A stretch of 64,000 nt of DNA, from the NCBI GenBank assembly GCA_028826165.1, contig JAPDFW010000063.1, positions 744,001-808,000 of the forward strand, given 5' to 3'. Each line of letters opens with the position of its first letter. Positions within the stretch are counted from its first letter, which is position 1. Positions 44,601 through 56,411 of this stretch are shown here, piece after piece. The DNA comes from Anaeramoeba ignava BMAN. Lineage: Eukaryota; Protista; Anaeramoebae. The translations under genes and the position numbers were made by a program. A model generated the notes under the pieces. The model searched no databases. It had not been told where the DNA came from and worked only from the letters and a program-made list of their open reading frames with translations.

Positions 44601-47600
44601 CAGAGTGTGATAAAGTTGCGACAGGAATTGATTTCTGTGATTAAAACAAAGCTTCTCAAGAAATTTGATGCAATTCCTGAAAATTACTACCAAAAATTCT
44701 TTTCTGCAATATTCCAGTATTTTTTGAAAATTCAAAATCCGAATTCATGCATTGATGTTTTTCGTTTTTTCTCAGAAATTTTACACTTGAAGAATATCAA
44801 AGAAATGCTTGATTATGTAAATCCTAATCAGAAAGCATTCCTCGATCCTTTCATTTACTTGTTAAACAAAAGCAACCAAACACTTCGTGATTTAGTTATT
44901 AAGATTATCTTCAGGATGGACTATTTATTATCATTTTATGGATTTGAATCAAGATTAAAAATTGAAAACGGTTATTTGACCATTTCTGAATTGATGATAA
45001 AATATCCATTAACAAATGTTTTATCAGAACAACTTTCCAATCTTTTGATTGGAAGTAATTTTACAGATGAGAAAAAATCATTCGTTTTCAAAAACATTTG
45101 GATCATCTTCACAATCACGGAATTTATCCAAAAATTCCACGGAACGCACTCAATTGCGTTTCTGAAGAGTATTCTTACGTTTATGGACTATCACGAGGAA
45201 AACCAAGTTGTGATTTCTTCGCATTTACTTTGGCAAATCAAACTATTCCATTTGATAAGGATTGATGATCTTCGAGAAGAAGAAGAGAAAAGAATTTTAT
45301 CGCTTCCGTTTGTCAGACAATCTGCACACGGAATTGAAGAGGAGAAACAGAAAGATGTTGTTGTTTGCGAAGAAGATCCTCATAACAAACAAATCAATAC
45401 AATTATATTTCGGATCTTCAAAACAATACATTTTCGGAAAATGCAAGAAAAAGATGGATGGAAATCAATCCAAAAAACAGTTTCTCTTTTAAAGAGAAGA
45501 TCACTTGGATTAAGTGGGAAAAACGACTCTTTGATTGTGAGAAAGTTCATTGGCGATGTTGTTCGTTCGATAATCAAAAATATATCAACGGAAAGAACTG
45601 TTTGCACACAAAATCAATTCCAAATTTTTAGTGCAAATATACTTAAACTAATTGGAATGTCCCTGCTTTATTTTTTCACGAGTATGGAACCCAAATCACC
45701 AACAGAATTCCATTTCCCATTCAAAACAGATCACATAAACGATGTTTTCGTTGTGGAACTTTTTTACGAACTTGCCCAAAAACATATTTTCTTAAGCAAG
45801 CAGAAAATTTTTGAAGAAAAAACAGACAAAATTTATGAAATCATTGAAATCATAATTGTTTTCCATCTGCATTTGGTTCCAAAACCTAGGTTTGCATGCA
45901 ACAAAGATTTATCTTGAGAGAATTAAGCAGATTCTCGTTCTTTTCCCAAATCCGGATGTTTTTATGTACTGTATTGCGTTTGTTCTCGAGATTCTCTTCT
46001 CATCAAAAGAAAATGCAATTGAAAAAAGAGAAAATCACGAAAATACTGATATTGAAATTGATTTGGATCAGCAAGAAAAACAGGCAAAATTGGTTTGTTT
46101 ATTGGAGTTTATTCGCACAATATTTGACACACACTATTTGACAATTTCGTCGATGTTCAAACAAGAAGAAAACAAGAAAAAATTCAAGATCCAAAAATAC
46201 AAGTTCCAACTTCTTAAGATTCCAATTAATCAAATATTGGATGTTCTTCAAGGAGATGAATGGAGCGGATTTGTTTCGGAGATTTTTGAGGCAAAGAAAG
46301 TTTTAGATACAAAAATAAAGGTTTCTGTCATGCAATTCGAGGACGCAATGCTGATGGAAATGAGGATTCAATCCCCAATTATTTCACAAGAAAAAGACGA
46401 AATTGCAACGCATAAAACACGATTTAAAGAGGAAATCAAAAAAACAATTGAATTTCAAATGAAGAAGAATTTGGAGCAAAATATTCTTCGCAAGAAAAAG
46501 CGGATTGTATCTCAATTGAAATCAGCAATTCAATGGAAAAAGTTATCACGAAAATTAAACCACCAACAAGCACATTGGTCAAAATTGAAGAGCGTGTTTC
46601 GGTACAAAATGGATCGTGTTCAAGGAAATTTGGGTCAAAGAAAAAAGCTGAAAATCAATTACAATTATTGTGATTACAACGCTTTAAACAAAACCGGAAA
46701 GCGATTCTGATTTCCGATCACAAACAAAAAAAGAAGAAAAAAATGAGGAAAAGGATCTTTTCCAATTGTATTTGGATTTTAATGATTTCACAATCATTCC
46801 GAGCATTGATAATTTGAACAGGTTTTCGGACTTTCGAGATTTAGTAAACCCAAAAAACATATTGTTTTCTGAACCGTGTTTTATTCGTGATTTTATGAAG
46901 AACATTCCAGGAGTTTTCCAAATCAAATCAGAGAAAATATGTTTTTTTATTGAAACAACCAAAAATTGGGAATTGGATTTGAAAAACCCAAAAAAGATTA
47001 AAAAACAATGGGGAATAAACTCAATAGCAAAGATTCGCCAAATGAAGTTTAATTTCCAGCCAACAGCAATCGAAATTTTGTTTTTGAATCGGAAAAGTTA
47101 TTTTTTTAATTTCCCAACAAAGGAAATTGCGAATTCTGCTTTTGAAAATTTGAAGAATTTGAATTTAATCAATTTAACAGAAGAAGAATGGAATTTGGGG
47201 AATTTTCAACAATTGACAACAAAATGGCAGAATTTTGAAGTTAGCAATTTTGAGTATTTGATGAGATTAAATTATCTTGCAGGAAGAACATTTAATGATC
47301 TTTCGCAGTATCCTGTATTTCCTTGGATCTTATCAAATTATGAATCCAAATCAATTAATTTAAGTGATCCAAAAAATTATCGGGATCTAAGTAAGCCTAT
47401 TGGTGCTTTAAATAGTGATAGGCTAGAGAAGGTTGTAAAAAGATTTAACGACATGAGTACGAAAGATGCACTTTTTCCTCCGTTTCATTACGGATCTCTT
47501 TATTCATCATCAGGTAATTTTAAATTTTAAATTTTAAATTTTTGAATTTTTAATTTTAAATTTTAATTTCAAATAAAAAGGGATCGCACTTTATTATTTA

Positions 47601-49169
47601 GTCCGTTTGGAACCTTTCACAAAAATGTCTTACGAACTTCATAACCAAACTTTCGATCATCCAGACAGAATCTTCTTTTCAATAAATTCAGCTTGGAAAT
47701 CTGTGCTAACAAATTTTTCAGATATTCGAGAATTAATTCCCGAATTTTTTTACTTCCCTGAATTTTTGGAAAACAGAGAAAAAATTGATTTTGGAAAGCA
47801 ATTCACAGGAGACACAATTTCGGAAGTAATTCTTCCACTTTGGAGTCGTAATTCAGACACATTCATCCAGAAACACATGCAAGCATTCGAAAGCGAACAT
47901 GTTTCCAGCAATTTTCACAACTGGATCGATCTAATTTTCGGGTACAAACAACGGGGAAAACAAGCGAAAAATGCTCACAATGTATTTTTCCATCTTTCAT
48001 ATGAAAAAAACAACGATCTTTCAAGCCAAGAAGAGAAGGAAACTATAAATAAACACGTTGAGAATTTTGGACAAATTCCACGTCAACTTTTTACTGATCC
48101 ACATCCGGCAAAAAAAATAATAAAAGAGTCCCCTTTAATTTCTAAAATATCCCCCAAAAATATACTTGATAATATTGTCATTTGTCAATTACAAATCTCG
48201 GAGCATCCCATTTCTCATCTTCTGCTTTTGCACACTTCCAAAGACTCTGTTCCCGATACAAGTTTCGATAAACTTATTTCAATTGATTCGAGAAAGCATC
48301 TTCGGAACCACAAGTGGAACATTCACAAATTTGACTTCGAAACAATTTCTCTTCAGAAATCACCGAAAAAATTTGGATCGGAATTTTTTGAATTGGGATT
48401 TTTTCACTCGAGTTTGTATTCAGTGAATTCAAATTCTTTGATTTTCAGTTGCGGTTACAGTGATTTTAGTTTCCGTGTTCATAGCAGTGAATTTTTGGGG
48501 TTTCTGGGAGCGTTTATCAAGCACAAGGATATTGTAACATGCATTGCCTGCACAGACACCATTTTTGTCACAGGTTCACGCGATACTACTGTTGTTGTTT
48601 GGGATATTCTTTCCTCCAAAAAGCCGATTCAAATACAGCAAAGATATCAGCTTACAGATCATAAATATGAAGTGAATTGCGTTGCTATCAATCAGGAATA
48701 TGATATGCTTGTTACTGGATCAGAAGGCGGAAGTGTTCTTATTTATTCCTTGAATTCGGGCCGTTTTTTTTGTTCATTGGATTTGAAAAATTTGAATGAA
48801 AAAACATCAAAAATTTTGCAAGTTAGAATCAATAATAATGGAGGAATTATTGTTTTTTCAAGCAATATTATTTCTTCTATTTTTTCTACTTCGTATACTT
48901 TTTCTTTCTATTCCATTAATGCAAGATTTTTGGGTTCGATATCATTTGGCTATCCGATTACTTCTTGGGATGTTTCTTTCAATAATCTTTATCTTGTTGT
49001 TGGTTGTGAGAATGAGAAGATGGAAATTTTTGATCTTCAGAATTATAAAAGGGTGAAATCTTTTAAGATTACTTCACGTTGTTCTTCTGTCTGTATAACG
49101 AATGATGGGAAGTATTTATTAGTTGGATGTGAAAATGGGATGTTATTATTTATTCAGAGTGATGTTTAA
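38629..49169 (+). CDS. Large BEACH-domain protein (neurobeachin/LYST-like: ARM-like region, ConA-like, PH, BEACH, WD40); about 7 exons plus two +1 frame breaks
   Basis: WPTKGWSFCSWIRF (ConA-like); SNFEYLMRLNYLAGRTFNDLSQYPVFPW, RDLSKPIGAL, RELIPEFF, WIDLIFGYKQ and FGQIPRQLF; WD40 VTGSRDTTVVVWD. The upstream exons splice GT-AG from the ATG at 38629. Confidence 0.9.
39180..39915. repeat. 12-mer satellite (AAAATTAAATTC)n in a BEACH intron
   Basis: Direct inspection of the sequence. Confidence 0.88.
40110..40292. repeat. 21-mer minisatellite (ATTCTTTTCTTTATTATTTTA)n in a BEACH intron
   Basis: About nine near-perfect copies. Confidence 0.88.
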
Positions 49170-51200
49170 AATTGAATTGAAAATTGGAACGAAAATTGAA
49201 ATGAAAATTCATTTGAAAAGTGGAACAAAATTGAAATGAAAATTCATTTGAAAATTCATTTGAAAAGTGGAACAAAATTGAAATGAAAATTGAAATGAAA
49301 ATTAAAATTGAAATTGAAATTAAAATTGAAATTAAAATTCCTTTGAAAATTGGAACAAAATTGAAATGAAAATTGAAATGAAAATTTATTTGAAAATTGA
49401 AATGAAAATTGAAATGAAAATTTATTTGAAAATTGAAATGAAAATTGAAATTAAAATTGAAATGAAAATTCATTTGAAAATTGATTTGAAAAGTGGAACA
49501 AAATTAAAATGAAAATTCATTTGAAAAGTGGAACAAAATTGAAATGAAAATTGAAATGAAAATTAAAATTAAAATTGAAATGAAAATTCATTTGAAAATT
49601 GAAATGAAAATTGAAATGAAAATTAAAATGAAAATTCATTTGAAAAGTGGAACAAAATTGAAATGAAAATTGAAATGAAAATTAAAATTAAAATTGAAAT
49701 GAAAATTGAAATGAAAATTAAAATGAAAATTCATTTGAAAAGTGGAACAAAATTGAAATGAAAATTGAAATGAAAATTAAAATTAAAATTGAAATGAAAA
49801 TTCATTTGAAAATTGATTTGAAAAGTGGAACAAAATTGAAATGAAAATTGAAATGAAAATTGAAATGAAAATTGAAATGAAAATTGAAATGAAAATTAAA
49901 TTGAAAAGTGGAACAAAATTTATTTGAAAAGTTGAACAAAATTGAAATGAAAATTAAAATGAAAATTCATTTGAAAAGTGGAACAAAATTCATTTGAAAA
50001 GTTGAACAAAATTGAAATGAAAATTAAAATGAAAATTAAAATGAAAATTCATTTGAAAATTAAAATGAAAATTGAAATGAAAATTGAAATGAAATTGAAA
50101 TGAAAATTGAAATGAAATTGAAATGAAAATTGAAATGAAATTGAAATGAAAATTGAAATGAAATTGAAATGAAAATTGAAATGAAATTGAAATGAAAATT
50201 GAAATGAAATTGAAATGAAAATTGAAATGAAAATTCATTTGAAAAGTGGAACAAAATTAAAATGAAAATTCATTTGAAAAGTTGAACAAAATTGAAATGA
50301 AAATTAAAATGAAAATTCATTTGAAAAGTGGAACAAAATTGAAATGAAAATTGAAATGAAAATTTATTTGAAAAGTGGAAAAAAATTGAAATGAAAATTG
50401 AAATGAAAATTCATTTGAAAAGTGGAATGAAAATTGAAATGAAAATTAAAATGAAAATCAAAATTAAAATTGAAATGAAAATTGAAATGAAAATTGAAAT
50501 GAAAATTAAAATTAAAATTGAAATGAAAATTCATTTGAAAATTGATTTGAAAAGTGGAACAAAATTGAAATGAAAATTAAATTGAAAATTGAAATGAAAA
50601 TTGAAATGAAAATTGATTTGAAAATTGGAACAAAATTGAAATTAAAATTAATTTGAAAATTGGAACAAAATTGAAATGAAAATTGAAATGAAAATTGAAA
50701 TGAAAATTAAAATTAAAATTCATTTGAAAAGTGGAACAAAATTGAAATGAAAATTCATTTGAAAATTTATTTGAAAAGTGGAACAAAATTAAAATGAAAA
50801 TTGAAATGAAAATTGAAATGAAAATTGAAATGAAAATTAAAATTAAAATTGAAATGAAAATTCATTTGAAAATTTATTTGAAAAGTGGAACAAAATTGAA
50901 ATGAAAATTAAATTGAAAATTGAAATGAAAATTGAAATGAAAATTGATTTGAAAAGTGGAACAAAATTGAAATGAAAATTTATTTGAAAATTGGAACAAA
51001 ATTGAAATGAAAATTGAAATGAAAATTGAAATGAAAATTGAAATTAAAATTCATTTGAAAATTGAAATGAAAATTAAAATGAAAATTAAATTGAAAATTA
51101 AAATGAAAATTAAAATGAAAATTAAAATGAAAATTGAAATGAAAATTAAAATGAAAATTCATTTGAAAATTGAAATGAAAATTAAAATGAAAATTAGAAT
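49170..51200. repeat. 2-kb intergenic satellite (GAAAATTGAAAT)n punctuated by TTTGAAAAGTGGAACAAAATT modules
   Basis: Direct inspection; it lies between two convergent stop codons. Confidence 0.88.
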
Positions 51201-51308
51201 GAATTTAATTATTTTGAATTGATTTTTGAAATAAATTTTGAATTAAATTTTGAAATAAATTTTGAAATAAATTTAAATTGAATTTGGAAATAAATTTTGG
51301 ATTGAATT

Positions 51309-51860
51309 TTAAAGGAATTTTTTGAGTTTTTCTTCAAAATCTTCTGTGCTTCCAAGATTTTCAACAACTTGGTCAGCCAATTCCATTGTAGCTTTATTTT
51401 GCTGAGCAGAAGGATCAGAACTTTCGAATTCTTTTTTTTCTTGTTCAATAAACTTTTCCAAAGTAATAGGGTCATCATCATCTCTTTTTCTTTGGATCAT
51501 TCTTTTAAAACGTTCTTCAACAGGACTTGAAACACATAAAAGAGTAAATGCTTTATTTTTTCTGAGTTCTTTAACTTCTTCAGGATGTCGAATACTATCA
51601 ACAATAAAATTTTGAAAATCGGTTTTTTTTGAAATTAATTCTAATGCTTTTTTTGCTAAACAACCTTCTCCTAATTCTTTTCTTAAATCATTCCCACAAA
51701 CTCTCATGTTTTCTCTTGTTATTTGTTTGTTTCCATCTCGTAATTCTTGTCGAATTATATCAGAAAGTGAAAAAGTATAATATCCTTTTGATTCAAAAAA
51801 TTTTAATGCTGTTGTTTTTCCTGAACAATTTAATCCACAAAGTCCTATAATTTTTGCCAT
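51309..51860 (-). CDS. P-loop nucleotide kinase-like protein (dephospho-CoA kinase-like, UPF0200-type), intronless
   Basis: IIGLCGLNCSGKTT Walker A, SLSDIIR, TREN..GNDLR, IVDSIRHPEEV, RFKRM..RKR and ADQVVEN. Confidence 0.85.
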   Translation of the reverse strand: MAKIIGLCGLNCSGKTTALKFFESKGYYTFSLSDIIRQELRDGNKQITRENMRVCGNDLRKELGEGCLAKKALELISKKTDFQNFIVDSIRHPEEVKELRKNKAFTLLCVSSPVEERFKRMIQRKRDDDDPITLEKFIEQEKKEFESSDPSAQQNKATMELADQVVENLGSTEDFEEKLKKFL

Positions 51861-51944
51861 TAAAAAATGAAAAAAATGAATTTTTTTTTTTCATTTTTTT
51901 TTTTCATTTTTTCTTTCATTTTTCTTTCTTTCATTTTTCTTTTA
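51861..51944. promoter_or_regulatory. Putative 84-bp bidirectional promoter
   Basis: Divergent ATGs at 51860 (-) and 51945 (+). The left part has AAATGA twice and the right part has TCATTT four times. Confidence 0.65.
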
Positions 51945-54900
51945 ATGCATTTTTCTTGGGGGTTTGTTTTTTTATCAATTTTTAAATCATTAACCATTTA
52001 ATTTCAGTTCAAGAAATTTATTTAAATTTAAAATCACAATGAAAATCAAATTCAAATCAAAATCAAAATCAAAACCAAAAATCAAAAATTAAAATCAAAA
52101 TCAATATCAAAATAAAAATCAAAATCAAAATCAAAATCAAAAATCAAAATCAAAATCAAAATCAAAATCAAAATCAAAATCAAAATTAAATTTAAAATTA
52201 AAATCAAAATCAAAATCAAAATCAAAATCAAAATCAAAATCAAAATCAAAATCAAAATCAAAATCAAAATCAAAATCAAAATCAAAATCAAAATCAAAAT
52301 CAAAATCAAAATCAAAATCAAATCAAAATCAAAATCAAAATCAAAATCAAAATCAAAATCAAAATCAAAATCAAATTTAAAATCAAAATCAAAATCAAAA
52401 TCAAAATCAAAATCAAAAATCAAAATCAAAATCAAAATCAAAATCAAATTTAAAATTAAAATCAAAATCAAAATCAAAATCAAAATCAAAATCAAAATCA
52501 AAATCAAAATCAAAATCAAAATTAAAATCAAAATCAAAATCAAAATTAAAATCAATATCAAAAATCAAAATCAAAATCAAAATCAAAATCAAAATCAAAA
52601 TCAAAATCAAAATCAAAATCAAAATCAAAATCAAAAATCAAAATTAAAATCAAAATCAAAATAAAAATCAATATCAAAATCAAAATGAAAATCAAAATAA
52701 AAATCAAAATCAAAATCAAAATCAAAATCAAAATCAAAATCAAAATCAAAATCAAAATCAATTCAAAATCAAAATCAAAATCAAAATTAAAATTAAAATC
52801 AAAATAAAAATCAAAAATCAAAATCAAAATCAAAATAAAAACCAAAATCAAAATCAAAATCAAAATCAAAATTAAAATCAAAATTAAAATCAAAATTAAA
52901 ATTAAAATCAAAATTAAAATCAAAATTAAAATCAAAATCAAAATCAAAATCAAAATCAAAATCAAATCAAAATCAAAAATAAAAATAAAAATCAAAAATC
53001 AATATCAAAATTAAAAAAAAAATCAAAATCAAAAATCAAAATTAAAATCAAAAATCAAAATCAAAAATCAAAATTAAAATTAAAATCAAAATCAAAATCA
53101 AAATTAAAATCAATATCAAATATAAAATTCAAAATCAAAATAAAAATCAATATCAATAAAAATCAAAATCAAAATCAAAATCTAAATCTCAAAATCAAAA
53201 TCAAAATCAAAATCAAAATCAAAATCAAAATCAAAATCAAAATCAAAATCAAAATCAATTAAAAATCAAAATCAAAATCAAAATCAAAATCAAAATCAAA
53301 ATCAAAATCAAAATCAAAATCAAAATCAAAATCAAAATTAAAATCAAAATCAAAATCAAAATCAAAATCAAAATCAAAATCAAAATCAAAATCAAAATCA
53401 AAATCAAAATCAAAATTAAAATCAATATCTAAATCAAAATCAAAATTAAAATTAAAATCAAAATAAAAATAAAAATCAATATCAAAATCAAAATCAAAAT
53501 CCAAAATCAAAATCAAAATCAAAATCAAAATCAAAATTAAAATTAAAATCAAAATTAATATCAAAATTAATATCAAAATTAAAATCAATATCAAATATAA
53601 AATTCAAAATCAAAATAAAAATCAATATCAATATCAAAATTAAAATTAAAATCAAAATCAATATCAAAATTAAAATCAATATCAAAATCTAAATCAATAT
53701 CAATATCAAATTGAAAATCAAAATCAAAATCAAAATCAAAACCAAAATTAAAATCAAAATCAAAATCAAAATCAAAATTAAAATAAAAATCAATATTAAA
53801 ATTGAAATGAAATAGATATAACAGTCACAATCAACTGGGTGAAATCAAAGAAAACTTGAAAGAAAAAATCTATGAACCAAGTCCAATAACATCATTTGGA
53901 AAACGAACTTACATTCAATCAGTATCACCATCAATGTACAACACATGTTTTATAACAGAAGACGGAACTCTAAGACAAATCGGAAGTCACACACACAAAA
54001 AATGGCACAAACACAATAAAATGGATTCCATCGATCAAATCGATTGTGGATCTGAATTTTGGATTGTGAAAACAACATCAGGAAAGGTATTTTCATGGGG
54101 AGAAAACAAACACGGTCAATTAGGATTTGAAGTGATAAAATCCACCGATGAACCAACTCAAATACCCTTCTTCAAAGACAAGTCTGTGAGGGATGTGGCA
54201 TGTGGAGTGCTCACAACATACATAATAACTGAGGATCATAAATTGTATTCTTTTGGATACAATTATTATGGACAAACAGGAAAAATCACTGAGAGCAGAG
54301 TGGTTCTCAAAGTGACTCAAGTTGCCTCAAATGCGCTCAAAGTTTTTTCGGGTAGAGATTCGCATTTCATGTTTTTGCAAACTCTCGACCACGAAATTTA
54401 CGCTTGTGGAAGAAACGAATACGGACAACTTGGCGTTCCAAAAATTGAACGACTTGATTCACTTACTTTACTTCCTTTTTTTGAAGGCAAAAATATTGTT
54501 TCTTTTGCTTGTAGCTTTTATCATACTAGCGTCTTGGTTATTGAGAATGGGGTCTATACGGTTTATACTTCTGGAGGAGGAAAAACTAATGGAATTGGTG
54601 TTAATTCAGATAGTTTTGTTGTGATTCCTAGTTTTATCAACGAGGACATCAGATGGATCACCTCAGGAAGCGCCCATTCGTTAGCTATGAACTCCAAAAA
54701 GGAGATTTTTATATGGGGCAAAAATGCTGGCTATGGAGAACTTGGTATGGGAGATAATCCCCAATTTTTGTTAATTCCTACTAGGATTATCATCAACAAC
54801 TTGGATCTTTTTGGCCAAATAGATATCATTTGTGGATCACTAAATACTTTTGTTTATTCACAATGCAAATCCACTTTGCATGAGGAATTGAGAGATTTTT

Positions 54901-55523
54901 TTTTTGAGAAAAAACTTGCGAATTTTGTCATTCCGTTCCAAAATGGAGATCACAAAATTGAAGTTCATTTGGAATTTATTAATGCTAGAATTGGAAGTGA
55001 AAATGCAGAAAAATTGAAGGGTTTTTTGTTGACAAAATCCGCGAATTTTGTTGAGCATTTCTTTCAATGGGTTTATTATGGAGAGTTTTCTTCTGCAGTG
55101 AAAGAAACACTGATGTATTTAGGGTTTGATGAGGAAACGATCCAAAAAAATATAAGAAAAAATTCATTGATTGAAATGGTTAATAAAATGTATCTTGATG
55201 AAAATACAAAAGATTTCGCAATTGTTGTTGGGAATCAAAAAATAAAAGCTCACAAATCAATTCTGTATTCACGAAGTGGATTATTCAAAGGGATGTTTTT
55301 ATCCGTAACTAATGACAAATCTAATCAAGTTAATGATTATTCAAATCGATCAGCAAAATCAATTGAACAATTCATTTATTTTCTTTATCATGATAAATTT
55401 GAAGGGAAAGTAAAAAAGAAAAAGAAATTTTTGAAAGAATTGGATGATGCTGATGATTATTATCAAATATATAATAAAAATTATTTTAGAAAGATACTTC
55501 AAGGATTAAGAATAAAAATTTAA
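51945..55523 (+). CDS. RCC1-repeat plus tandem BTB protein; 17-nt first coding exon (51945-51961), intron 51962-53815
   Basis: Splicing ATGCATTTTTCTTGGGG|GTTTGT...AATAG|ATATAAC gives MHFSWGYNSHNQLG, matching the internal RCC1 repeats (FSWGENKHGQLG, ACGRNEYGQLG). It is in frame with the 53856 ORF; C-terminal BTB KDFAIVVGNQKIKAHK. Confidence 0.88.
52040..53800. repeat. About 1.8-kb (AAAATC)n hexamer satellite filling intron 1 of the RCC1-BTB gene
   Basis: Direct inspection of the sequence. Confidence 0.9.
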
Positions 55524-55585
55524 AAAATTTAAAAAATAATTTTTTCATTTTTCATTTTTCATTTTTCAATTTTTTAATAAAAAAA

Positions 55586-56237
55586 ATGTCAACTATTGAA
55601 AACATTCAAAATGAAAGATTTAAAAAATATCTTCCAGAAATTACAAAAATAACACAAAATCTTATTGAAAAGTTTATACATCAAATACTAGATTCATTTT
55701 ATAAGAAACAAGAAAATCTTTTTAAAATTTATGGTCAACAAACAATTGAAATTGAAGAAATTTTTGAAACTTATAAAGAATTTTTCATTTTTGGAGTTAA
55801 AAAGAATATGAATGAAGAAGAAATGTCAAATAATTTACAAACATTTGGCATTTCAAAAGAAGTTTCCAATTTTATTTCTGATGCTTTTATTGCCAGAAAA
55901 CTTGAAATTGAAGCAGTTTTAAAAATTGATTCTTCAAAAATTAGTTCATGTTTTTTAAAAGATTTTGATTGGAAAATTAATGTAATTTGTTTTAATTAAT
56001 GTCTTATTATCAATGTCAAATGTTTAATGTTTTTGTTTATGTTGTTTTTTTTAGTATGTTATGTCAAGTAATACAATTTCAGAAATTCAACATCCTTTAT
56101 TAACATTAAATTTATATCTTCAATCAAATGGTCAAGTCCAAGAAGTTTTGCTAGAATTTACACCTCCAGAACTTGAGGAGTTTATTGATGAACTTCAAAA
56201 AGCAGGAAATATTATTCAAAAATTAACATTTAAATAA
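55586..56237 (+). CDS. COMM-domain protein (COMMD8-like), 2 exons (intron about 55982-56054)
   Basis: Spliced LKDFDWKIN|YVMSSNTISEIQHPLLTLNLYL...LLEFTPPELEEFIDEL matches the COMM domain signature. Confidence 0.85.
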
Positions 56238-56411
56238 TAAAAAAAAAGAAAATTTAAAAAAAAAGAAGAAAAGAAGAAAATTTTTTTTTCTCTATTTTTT
56301 TTTTAATTAAAAAATTTTAATAATTTTTAAATCATTTTTTTTCATTTTTTCCTTTTTTTTCCATTTTTAAATTTTTTTTCCGTTTATTTTTTCATTTTTG
56401 CTTTTTTTTAA

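Noticed and set aside
38488-45917. Separate genes for the ORFs at 38488, 39972, 40647 and 41217
   Set aside because: They join by in-frame GT-AG splicing into a single BEACH gene.
36560-46710. TGA readthrough, selenocysteine or an alternative genetic code at the premature TGA stops
   Set aside because: The downstream coding sequence is in a different frame, so readthrough would not restore it. TGA is also a normal stop elsewhere (RPT5, importin).
5567-49169. Inteins or Hint domains in the long ORFs, dynamin or RPT5
   Set aside because: I saw no insertion interrupting conserved motifs and no C...HN-C/S/T splice-junction pattern with Hint blocks.
49170-51200. CRISPR-like appearance of a conserved module with variable spacing
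   Set aside because: The intervening sequences are themselves satellite units, not unique spacers. There are no cas genes and the context is eukaryotic.
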